Positions 47,984 to 55,976 of a DNA stretch of 55,976 bases are shown here, one piece after another. The stretch's first letter is position 1, and every line of letters starts with the position of its first letter. The DNA lies in the NCBI GenBank assembly GCA_964654505.1, contig CAZZJN010000001.1, positions 31,195 to 87,170 on the forward strand, given 5' to 3'. Below the pieces are notes generated by a model. That model saw nothing but the letters and a program-made list of their open reading frames with translations, had not been told where the DNA came from and did no database searches. The position numbers and the translations under genes are program-made. The stretch comes from an uncultured Ardenticatenaceae bacterium (GTDB lineage Bacteria; Chloroflexota; Anaerolineae; Promineifilales; Promineifilaceae).

Positions 47984-48226
47984 ATAATACCACCGCCCGG
48001 TAAAAGTGTGGAGTGCAGCAAAATCTCACTCAATTTCGGCTACTGGGATAATCCCACAGGACTATCGATCCAAATCGGCCGTTAACTTATCGGATAGTTT
48101 GACTCGCGACGCTTTACCGGAAGCGGTGGTCTTAAGGAGATCATAGCAACTGATCGCGATGCAAGATAGTGACGAATGTCACACCAAAGTCATGACATTT
48201 TCCCGAATACTCGTAGAATCACCGCC

Positions 48227-48892
48227 ATGACCGGCAGCAGAATCATCCCCGCGGCCGAGACGCGCGTGGAACTGCGGGTGTCCAATTCGCGCTTCATCGC
48301 CACTATCGCCCCGGCCTTCTCCGTGGAAGAGGCACGAGGCTTTATCGCGCGCATCAAGGCCGAGTTCTCTGATGCTACCCATAACGTCCCGGCCTATGTC
48401 ATCGGCCATGGCCAAGCCACCACAGCCCATTGTCACGACGATGGCGAGCCGTCGGGGACGGCCGGGCGGCCGATGCTGGCCGTCTTGCAGGGCAGCGGCC
48501 TGGGAGATGCCGTGGTGGTCGTCACGCGCTACTTCGGCGGCACCAAGTTAGGCACGGGGGGGCTTGTGCGGGCCTATGGCGATGCCGTCCGCGAGATACT
48601 GGCTGTGCTGCCTCGCGCCGAAAAGGTGGCCACGGTCGTGGCCATGGCCGAGGTACCTTATCCGCTACTGGAGCGGGCGCGACAACTGATTGAAGCCCAT
48701 GGCGGGGTGCTGCTGGAAGAGTCATTTGCGGCCGAGATCACATTGACCGCTCGCTTTCGTGCCGAACAGTTCCCGACATTCACCGACGCCCTGCGCGAAC
48801 TCTCCCACGGCGCAGTCGAAGCGCTCATCATGGAGATGGACGAAGCCACGATCATGCCCATCACACCCCAGGCCGGGAACGACCACCTCTAA
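48227..48892 (+). CDS. yigZ: YigZ/IMPACT family protein
   Basis: SRFIA, ATHN, DDGEPSGTAGRPML, VVTRYFGGTKLGTGGLVRAY. Confidence 0.92.
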   Translation: MTGSRIIPAAETRVELRVSNSRFIATIAPAFSVEEARGFIARIKAEFSDATHNVPAYVIGHGQATTAHCHDDGEPSGTAGRPMLAVLQGSGLGDAVVVVTRYFGGTKLGTGGLVRAYGDAVREILAVLPRAEKVATVVAMAEVPYPLLERARQLIEAHGGVLLEESFAAEITLTARFRAEQFPTFTDALRELSHGAVEALIMEMDEATIMPITPQAGNDHL

Positions 48893-48974
48893 AGGTGACA
48901 GCATCGTCACATCGTCGCCAAGCCATAGCTTAATAAACCTGCACCGTGCGACTTATAGGCTAAAATCACCCGCA

Positions 48975-50654
48975 ATGTCTATCCATAAACTCCTGGTCAT
49001 CGGCATCGACGGCGCGCCCCACCCTCTCATCGAGAAATGGGCTGCCGAAGGCCAACTGCCTAACCTGGCCTGCCTGATCGAGCGTGGCAGCTTCGGTGTA
49101 TTGCGATCGACCATTCCCGTCCATTCGCCCACCGCCTGGGCTTCGTTCATCACCGGGCTGAATCCCGGCCAACACGGAGTGTTCGACTTCGTGCGGCGCT
49201 CGCCCGACAGCTACAAGCTCAACGTCGTTCGCGCCGACCAATATCCGGGGTCGTCGATCTGGCGCTTGTTGAGCGAACAGGGGAAGCGCGTCGGCGTGAT
49301 GAACGTCCCGATGACTTACCCTCCCGAACCCGTCAACGGGTTTCTGATCAGCGGGTTGGGTACGCCGGACTTCGCCCGCTACAGCTATCCCCCCGAATTG
49401 CAGGACGAGCTCGATGCCGATGGCTACAAGGTCAACAAGAAATTCTTTTTTGTCCGCGACCGGCAGGATGAATGGCTGGACGACATCAACGCCATGACCG
49501 ACAAGCGGGGCGAGGCGGCCGTCCGCCTGATGAAGGAAAAGCCCTGGGACTTCTTCATGGTGGTGTTTCGCAACAGCGACGAGATATGCCATTTCTACTG
49601 GCATCACATGGATGAGAGTCATCCGCAACATGACCCGACCGCGCCGTCGCACCATCGCACCGCCATCCTCGATCTCTACCAGCGGATCGACCGCTGGGTG
49701 GGCGAGATCGTTGATGCCGCCGGTGATGAGGTCAATATCGTCGTCATGTCCGACCACGGAGCCGGGCCACTCTATCGCGATGTCTTTCTGAATGAATGGT
49801 TATGGCAAGAGGAGTGGCTGACGATGCGCGAGAAAGCCACCGCCGGGCGAGGGTGGCTTCACGCCATGCAGCGGCTGGGCCTGACACGCGCCCGCATCTC
49901 CGATACCCTCACCAGCCTCGACATGCATTGGCTGGAAACAGCGATCAAACGCGCGCTCGGCGACCATATCTACGTCTTGCCGCGCGATGAACGGCCGGAG
50001 TTTCATAACGCTATCGACTGGTCGAAAACAAAGGCCTATGGGTTTGGGTATTACGGCCAGATATTCATCAATCTGCAGGGCCGCGAGCCGGAGGGTGTCG
50101 TGCCGCCGGAAGAATATGAGACGTTGCGCGATGAGATCGCCCGACGCCTGATGGCTCTCGTCGATCCGGAGGATGGCCTGCCGGTAGTCGACCGGGTGTA
50201 CAAGAAGGAAGAGCTGTATCACGGCCGATATCTGGCCGAAGCTCCCGACCTGCTGGTCATTATGCGCGGTCTGACCTACATCACTCGCCAGGGATATGAG
50301 TTCGCCGAGAAACGTGGCGTTCTCTTCCGCGAACCGTACACTGACGAGACAGGCGGCCATCGGTTGGAGGGCATCCTCATCGCCGCCGGACCCGATATAT
50401 GTCCGGGGGCGCTACCAGAGAGGCCGATCGTCGACCTAACGCCCACGCTGCTCCAGCTCCAGGGCTGCCCTGTGCCGGATTACATGGACGGCGATTCCAT
50501 CGACCTCATGCTGGCCGATTCATTCAAGGCGACCCACCCATTGGAGATCATCCCGTCCGCAATCCGTGATCGCGACGAGATGACCGGCAGTTGGGACGAG
50601 GCGGCCGAGGCCGATGTGACCGAACGCCTAAAGCAGTTGGGCTATCTGGGTTAA
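48975..50654 (+). CDS. Alkaline phosphatase superfamily protein (type I phosphodiesterase/nucleotide pyrophosphatase-like)
   Basis: LVIGIDGA, SPTAWASFITG.NPG.HGVFDF, MSDHG, IDWSKTKAY, GGHR.EG, ERLKQLGYL. Confidence 0.88.
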   Translation: MSIHKLLVIGIDGAPHPLIEKWAAEGQLPNLACLIERGSFGVLRSTIPVHSPTAWASFITGLNPGQHGVFDFVRRSPDSYKLNVVRADQYPGSSIWRLLSEQGKRVGVMNVPMTYPPEPVNGFLISGLGTPDFARYSYPPELQDELDADGYKVNKKFFFVRDRQDEWLDDINAMTDKRGEAAVRLMKEKPWDFFMVVFRNSDEICHFYWHHMDESHPQHDPTAPSHHRTAILDLYQRIDRWVGEIVDAAGDEVNIVVMSDHGAGPLYRDVFLNEWLWQEEWLTMREKATAGRGWLHAMQRLGLTRARISDTLTSLDMHWLETAIKRALGDHIYVLPRDERPEFHNAIDWSKTKAYGFGYYGQIFINLQGREPEGVVPPEEYETLRDEIARRLMALVDPEDGLPVVDRVYKKEELYHGRYLAEAPDLLVIMRGLTYITRQGYEFAEKRGVLFREPYTDETGGHRLEGILIAAGPDICPGALPERPIVDLTPTLLQLQGCPVPDYMDGDSIDLMLADSFKATHPLEIIPSAIRDRDEMTGSWDEAAEADVTERLKQLGYLG

Positions 50655-50978
50655 ACCAAATATGTTAATCTTCATCGTAAGGATGGTTGATTAAATTAAA
50701 ATCCGGATGCACATAACCGGGCGTTTACGAATCAGCTCACCTGCTTTTTCGTCCACGTAACTTTTCCCAATTTAGAAAGCCGCCTCATAGCCTGGATATC
50801 GACCGCCATAGTGACCTAAATCCGGTCGATGTCATCGGCTATATTAATGAGCCGGCGGTGAATCATTCGGTTTGCACATCATTGCAGAAATCAAAAATAG
50901 TAAAATTCTGTCGATGCGTCACTTATTGAAATCATATGATCTCGCGGCGCGACAAGGAGTAGAGTTGAGTTGTTAACC

Positions 50979-52742
50979 ATGACTGAAGAATCCCCAAAGG
51001 CTGAACAATCGATTTTGATCTCTCCCTATGGAGGCACCCTAATCGACCTGATGGTTCCGGAGTCCGAACGCGCGGCATTGCGCTCTTACGCCAACACACT
51101 GCCGTCCATTCGTATCTCGGAGCGTTCCGCCTGCGATCTTGAACTATTGGCGGTCGGCGGTTTTTCGCCCCTCGATCGCTTCATGAGCCAGGCCGATCAC
51201 CAGAGCGTGATCGACACGATGCGTTTGGAGGACGGCACCCTCTTCCCGATGCCCATCCCCCTGCCGGTGGATGAAAGTGTGGCGGCCAAGTTGAAGATCG
51301 GGCAGGACATCGCCCTTCGCAGCCCCGGCAATGATCTGTTGGCGATCATGAACGTCGAAGAAATCTATCCGTGGTCAATCGAGGAAGTGGCGCAAAAGGC
51401 TTTCCGCACGCTTGATCTGCGTCATCCCATCGTCGCCGAGATGCACGGCTGGGGCAAGTTCAACATATCCGGCCCATTGCGCGTCTTGCAGTTGCCCGCT
51501 CGCTATGATTTCAAATCGTTACGGCTGACTCCAACTGAAACCCGTGCTCGACTGGAACAGTTCGGCCACAAGAACGTGATCGCCTTCCAGACCCGCAACC
51601 CTCTCCATCGCGTCCATGAAGAACTGACCAAACGCGCCACGATGGAAAAGGACGGCGTCTTGTTGCTGCATCCAAGTGTTGGGATGACCAAGCCCGGCGA
51701 TGTCGATCACTTCACCCGCGTGCGCACCTACAAGGCGCTGGCCCAGCGGTATTATGATCCCGACCGTATTTTGCTGTCTCTGCTGCCGCTGGCTATGCGC
51801 ATGGGCGGCCCGCGCGAGGCGGTCTGGCACGCGATCATTCGTCGTAACTTCGGCGCAAATCACCTTATCGTCGGCCGCGACCATGCCGGCCCCGGCAACG
51901 ACTCCACCGGCAAGCCCATCTACGGCCCCTACGACGCTCAGCAACTGGTCGAAAAATATAGCGAAGAACTGGGCGTCACGCCCGTGCCCTTCCAGATGCT
52001 CGTCTACTTGCCGGAAGAAGACCGTTATGAAGAGGTGACCAAAGTTGATAAGGACACCAAGACGGCATCCATCAGCGGCACACAGGTGCGCGAACAGTAC
52101 CTGCACAACGGCAGGCAGTTGCCCGAATGGTTCACCCGCCCCGAGGTGGCCGAGATTCTGGCCGAGACGTACCCCCCGCGCTATCGTCAGGGGGTTTGCA
52201 TCTGGCTCACCGGCCTGCACAACGCCGGTAAATCAACCACGGCCAACGTACTGACAACCCTGCTGCAGGAATACGGGCGCAATATCACCTTGCTCGATGG
52301 CGACGTCGTCCGCACGCACTTTTCCGAAGGGTTGGGCTTCTCCAAGGAGGACCGCGACGATCACGTCCGCCGTATCGGTTTTGTGGCATCGGAGATCACG
52401 CGCCATGGAGGCATCGTCGTATGCGCGGCCGTCAGCCCCTATCGCAGCACGCGAAACGAGGTTCGCAGTTCGATCGGTTCCGATAACTACATCGAGGTGT
52501 TCGTCAACACGCCGCTGGAAGTCTGCGAGCAGCGCGATACCAAAGGTCTATACGCGCGTGCGCGGCGCGGCGAGGTCGTCGGTTTCACGGGCATTGACGA
52601 CCCGTATGAGGCGCCGCAAAATCCCGAGCTGGTCATCGAGACGTTGCATCACACGGCCGAGGAAAATGCGCGGACGATCCTGGATACGCTCATTGAGCGT
52701 GGGTTCGTGCGAACTGACGGAATGAATCTGCACGACAACTAA
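50979..52742 (+). CDS. sat: Sulfate adenylyltransferase fused to an APS kinase-like domain
   Basis: FQTRNPLHRVH, GPREA.WHAIIRRNFGANHLIVGRDHAG, ISGT; C-terminal WLTGLHNAGKST, LDGD, GFSKEDR, FTGIDDPYE. Confidence 0.93.
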   Translation: MTEESPKAEQSILISPYGGTLIDLMVPESERAALRSYANTLPSIRISERSACDLELLAVGGFSPLDRFMSQADHQSVIDTMRLEDGTLFPMPIPLPVDESVAAKLKIGQDIALRSPGNDLLAIMNVEEIYPWSIEEVAQKAFRTLDLRHPIVAEMHGWGKFNISGPLRVLQLPARYDFKSLRLTPTETRARLEQFGHKNVIAFQTRNPLHRVHEELTKRATMEKDGVLLLHPSVGMTKPGDVDHFTRVRTYKALAQRYYDPDRILLSLLPLAMRMGGPREAVWHAIIRRNFGANHLIVGRDHAGPGNDSTGKPIYGPYDAQQLVEKYSEELGVTPVPFQMLVYLPEEDRYEEVTKVDKDTKTASISGTQVREQYLHNGRQLPEWFTRPEVAEILAETYPPRYRQGVCIWLTGLHNAGKSTTANVLTTLLQEYGRNITLLDGDVVRTHFSEGLGFSKEDRDDHVRRIGFVASEITRHGGIVVCAAVSPYRSTRNEVRSSIGSDNYIEVFVNTPLEVCEQRDTKGLYARARRGEVVGFTGIDDPYEAPQNPELVIETLHHTAEENARTILDTLIERGFVRTDGMNLHDN

Positions 52743-52773
52743 TAGCAACTAACCATCAAGAGGAAAGATTTTC

Positions 52774-53337
52774 ATGTCTCTGAAGAAAGAATACCCCGGC
52801 TACGTCCTTTGGATGACCGGCTTGTCCGGAGCGGGCAAGACAACCATCGCCCTGATCCTGGAAGAAGAACTCAAGTCGCGAGGCTGCAAGTTTGAGCGCC
52901 TGGACGGCGACGTCGTGCGCGAGAGCCTGACCCGCGATCTGGGTTTCTCCAAGGAAGATCGCGACAAGAATATCGAGCGCGTCTCTTTCGTGGCCAAGCT
53001 GCTGTCGCGCAACGAGGTCGGCTGCGTGTGCTCCTTTATTTCACCCTATCAGGCCGTTCGCGACATGGTCCGCGCCAACACGACCAATTTCATGGAAGTG
53101 TTCATCGACGCGCCACTGGACGTCGTCATCAGTCGCGATGTCAAGGGTATGTACAAGAAGGCCATCGCCGGTGAGATCCCCAACTTCACCGGCATCTCCG
53201 ACCCATTCGAAGCCCCGACCAATCCGGACATACATATCCATACCGATCAGGAGACGCCGGAAGAGAGCGCCCAGCGCATTCTCGTCTATCTGGAACAACG
53301 CAATCTCATCCCCGCTCGCGAAGCGGCTTTCGCCTAA
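52774..53337 (+). CDS. cysC: Adenylyl-sulfate kinase
   Basis: WMTGLSGAGKTT, LDGDVVR..L..DLGFSKEDR, ISPY, RDVKGMY, FTGISDPFE. Confidence 0.95.
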   Translation: MSLKKEYPGYVLWMTGLSGAGKTTIALILEEELKSRGCKFERLDGDVVRESLTRDLGFSKEDRDKNIERVSFVAKLLSRNEVGCVCSFISPYQAVRDMVRANTTNFMEVFIDAPLDVVISRDVKGMYKKAIAGEIPNFTGISDPFEAPTNPDIHIHTDQETPEESAQRILVYLEQRNLIPAREAAFA

Positions 53338-53355
53338 TCGATCGAGTACAATTGG

Positions 53356-53398
53356 CAAACGGCAGCCGGACGGACTCACGCCGGCTGCCGTTTGTTCT
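53356..53398 (+). terminator. Stem-loop terminator after cysC
   Basis: caaacggcagccgg / ccggctgccgtttg perfect 14-bp stem followed by ttct. Confidence 0.7.
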
Positions 53399-54235
53399 AT
53401 GCCAACCATCCGCGAAGCGTGGCAACTCGGCCGCGCCCAACTCTCTGAATCACCGACGCCCGCGCTCGATGCCCGACTGTTGCTGGAGCATGTGCTGGGG
53501 CGCGACCACGCCTGGTTGGTCGCTCATGACGACGAACCGCTGGCGGCCGACGCAACAGCGACCTACCAGACCCTGTTGGATCGCGCCGCAGCCCATGAAC
53601 CAATCCCCTATCTGATCGGCCACGCGCCGTTCCTGGGCCTGGATTTCGCCGTCTCACATGATGTTCTCATCCCCCGCCCGGAGACGGAGCAACTGGTTGA
53701 GATGGCCGCTGGATGGGCGGAAGGGCGAGGGGCGATCCGCGTTGTCGACGTCGGCACAGGTAGCGGTTGCATCGCCATCAGCCTGACGCGCCGGTTGCCA
53801 CAAGCGATCGTGGCGGCTGTGGATATCTCCGCCAAAGCCCTGGCTGTGGCCGCGACCAACGCCCGACGCCATGCACCCGACCTCATTCGTTTCGTGCGGG
53901 GCGATCTGCTAACACCTTTCGCACCCGGCCTCGATCTGATCGTCGCCAATCCCCCCTATATCGCCGCGCACGAGTGGCCGTCTTTGCCCATTGGAGTAAA
54001 ATTCTACGAACCCGCACTTGCACTGAATGGGGGCGTAGACGGCCTCGATCTCTATCGAAACCTCTTGCCACAAGCCGCCGAACGCCTGCGAACGGGCGGT
54101 TTGGTCTTGCTGGAAATCGGCTGGCGGCAAGGCGAGGCTGTCGCTGCACTGGCCCGACAATCATGGCCGGGGGCGGACATTCGCGTCTTGGCCGATTTTG
54201 CCGGACGCGATCGAATCGTAGCAATTCAGACCTGA
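53399..54235 (+). CDS. prmC: Release factor glutamine methyltransferase
   Basis: EPIPYLIG, VLIPRPETE, DVGTGSGCIA, NPPY, EP..AL.GG.DGL, D.AGRDR. Confidence 0.94.
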   Translation: MPTIREAWQLGRAQLSESPTPALDARLLLEHVLGRDHAWLVAHDDEPLAADATATYQTLLDRAAAHEPIPYLIGHAPFLGLDFAVSHDVLIPRPETEQLVEMAAGWAEGRGAIRVVDVGTGSGCIAISLTRRLPQAIVAAVDISAKALAVAATNARRHAPDLIRFVRGDLLTPFAPGLDLIVANPPYIAAHEWPSLPIGVKFYEPALALNGGVDGLDLYRNLLPQAAERLRTGGLVLLEIGWRQGEAVAALARQSWPGADIRVLADFAGRDRIVAIQT

Positions 54236-54260
54236 TGCGGTATAAGGGAAGACCGAACAC

Positions 54261-54917
54261 GTGTTAGCGGAATCGAACGAAAGGAAATTAATCACGCGCC
54301 ACCTGCTCGCCGGCGATCCGGCGGCCGTCAACGAGGCGGTCGCGTGGTTGCACCGTGGCTATCCTGTCGTGTTTCCAACCGACACGGTGTACGGCGTGGG
54401 GGTGTTGCCTTTCGATGCGGCGGCTATCAATCGCCTTTACGTTCTGAAAGGCCGCCCGGCAAACAAGGGCATACCGATTCTCCTGGCCGATATATCTGAC
54501 TTATTCAAGGTGGCCGCGACAATATCGCCCACGGCCCAGCGGCTGATCGACCGCTTCTGGCCGGGGCCGCTGACTCTCATCGTCCCGCGCGTGGCCGGAT
54601 TGCCCGATGCGATCTCGCCCAACGGAAATATCGCCGTTCGCCTGCCGGATCACGCCGTCGCCCGGGCGCTTATTCGCGAGGCGGGCGGAGCGGTGGCCAC
54701 GACCAGCGCCAATTTGTCGGGTCGCGAGCCGGCTCTAAGCGGCGAAGATGCCCTGGTGGCCTTGCGGGGCGCCGTGGCCGCCATACTGGATGACGGCCCA
54801 ACACCCGGAGATCGGCCATCAACAATCGTAGATTGCTCGGGCGCGCGGCCGTTTGTCGTGCGGGAAGGGCCGTTGTCGGCCGCCGATCTTGGGCTGAAAG
54901 AGGATTCGCGGGGCTAA
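54261..54917 (+). CDS. tsaC: L-threonylcarbamoyladenylate synthase (Sua5/TsaC)
   Basis: VFPTDTVYG, KGRP..K, FWPGPLT, AVRLP, TSANLSG, PSTIVD. Confidence 0.92.
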   Translation: MLAESNERKLITRHLLAGDPAAVNEAVAWLHRGYPVVFPTDTVYGVGVLPFDAAAINRLYVLKGRPANKGIPILLADISDLFKVAATISPTAQRLIDRFWPGPLTLIVPRVAGLPDAISPNGNIAVRLPDHAVARALIREAGGAVATTSANLSGREPALSGEDALVALRGAVAAILDDGPTPGDRPSTIVDCSGARPFVVREGPLSAADLGLKEDSRG

Positions 54918-54924
54918 CCGAATT

Positions 54925-55518
54925 ATGTCCGGGATATTATTGCCCATCCTCCTGTTCGTCGGCGCGGTGGCGGCTACCTTCTTCACCTATCGCAACATCC
55001 GGCGTGGCGGCGCGCGATTTTATACACTAGAGCGCGAGATCGTGCTGCGTCGGGCACTCGTAACGTTGACAGTCGCGGCCGCTCTCTATACCGCCTCGCT
55101 CAGCCTTCTGTACTTCCAAAGACAACAACTCATCAACGCCGCCTTGCCGCCAACCTTGGAGGCAGAAGCGGCCGATGGCACGGGCAGCCCCCTGGTGACG
55201 ACGCCGACCCCCATGCTGGAGGTGTTTCCTCCCTCGCCCGAACCCACGTCACTGACCCCGGAACCCACGGCGACGGCGACACCAACTGTGTGTCGCGCAG
55301 TGGTGGAAGGAACAGGTGGAAACGGACTTTATTTGCGCTCGGAACCGCAGGGTGAACAACTCGTCCTGTTATCCGACGGCACGCTCCTGACCGTGTTGGA
55401 GGAACCCTCGGTCGAAGCCGGCGGTATTCTCTGGCGCAAGGTACGGGCGGTCGGCGGTGAAGAGGGATGGGCGGCCGATCAATTCCTGACCATACGCGCG
55501 CCTTGCTCACTGGAATAA
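54925..55518 (+). CDS. Membrane protein with Pro/Thr linker and C-terminal SH3-like domain
   Basis: Two TM helices, PTATATPT linker, GTGGNGLYLRSEP...WRKVR....EGWAA..FL. Confidence 0.75.
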   Translation: MSGILLPILLFVGAVAATFFTYRNIRRGGARFYTLEREIVLRRALVTLTVAAALYTASLSLLYFQRQQLINAALPPTLEAEAADGTGSPLVTTPTPMLEVFPPSPEPTSLTPEPTATATPTVCRAVVEGTGGNGLYLRSEPQGEQLVLLSDGTLLTVLEEPSVEAGGILWRKVRAVGGEEGWAADQFLTIRAPCSLE

Positions 55519-55599
55519 CGTGGCTTCTCGATGATGGCGATCAGGATTGGGGTATGAAATGAGTGAGCCACACTTGTTGTCTCGGGCAGGTCTGGCATC

Positions 55600-55976
55600 A
55601 TGATCATCGGCATTGACGCCAGTCGCGCCACCACCGGACAACGCACCGGGACGGAGGCCTACGCCTTCCATCTCATTCGAACCCTCATCCCCATGGCGGC
55701 CGAGCGCGGTCACCGGTTGCGGCTCTACTTCAACCAGTCACCCCCGGATAATTTGTTCGAGGATTGGCGAGATTCCGAGCGCGTCGTCATGCCCCAACGC
55801 CGGTTGTGGACCCATCAGGCGCTCGGTCGGGAATTGCGCCGCCGCCCGCCGGACGTATTCTTCACCCCGGCGCACGTCATCCCCATCGGCTATCGCGGCG
55901 CGGCCGTGGCCACGATCCACGATCTGGGCTACGAACAGTTCCCCGAGGCTCATCCCCGTCGCCAGCTGGCCTATTT
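55600..55976 (+). CDS. Glycosyltransferase family 4, N-terminal part (3'-partial)
   Basis: Translated manually (absent from the ORF track): MIIGIDASRATTGQRTGTEAY...RLWTH..L...PDVFFTPAHVIP...VATIHDLGY..FPEAH. Confidence 0.88.
   Translation, partial: MIIGIDASRATTGQRTGTEAYAFHLIRTLIPMAAERGHRLRLYFNQSPPDNLFEDWRDSERVVMPQRRLWTHQALGRELRRRPPDVFFTPAHVIPIGYRGAAVATIHDLGYEQFPEAHPRRQLAY

Noticed and set aside
48759-48974. N-terminal extension of the AP-superfamily ORF
   Set aside because: Overlaps yigZ in another frame; the family motif starts at MSIHKLLVIGIDG.
53138-53398. N-terminal extension of the prmC ORF
   Set aside because: Overlaps cysC and a terminator hairpin; similarity begins at ATG 53399.

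Overview
A 56-kb, gene-dense, GC-rich bacterial chromosomal segment. Gene content and domain style suggest Chloroflexota (Anaerolineae/Ardenticatenia-like); this is inference only. About 55 protein genes were found, with no rRNA, tRNA, CRISPR array, prophage or intact transposase. Left to right: a yqeB / tandem alpha-beta hydrolase / yqeC-mocA operon; housekeeping genes (arfB, clpC, murI); a PHA-granule and lipid-carrier cluster (CoxG, DUF1997-like, PhaR-phasin fusion, phasin, an HTH protein with an unrecognised duplicated domain, SCP2); a lower-GC Wzx/Wzy-type polysaccharide cluster containing a sulfotransferase and a membrane-anchored methyltransferase; enoyl-CoA hydratase-SCP2-patatin; three divergent NuoL/M/N-like membrane genes with no redox partner, followed by a NusG/RfaH paralog and a nucleotide-sugar dehydrogenase; rsmF-like and an atypical tgt head-to-head; an ECF sigma/anti-sigma pair; a multidomain receptor Ser/Thr kinase; and a PAPS-supply module (AP-superfamily enzyme, sat-cysC fusion, second cysC) followed by prmC, tsaC and a partial glycosyltransferase. 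The best candidates for undescribed systems are (i) a dispersed pathway for a sulfated, possibly methylated surface polysaccharide, (ii) the orphan degenerate antiporter-like membrane trio and (iii) the direct-repeat-flanked HTH/duplicated-domain + SCP2 cassette beside the phasin genes. All family calls come from motif recognition by eye, not database searches.
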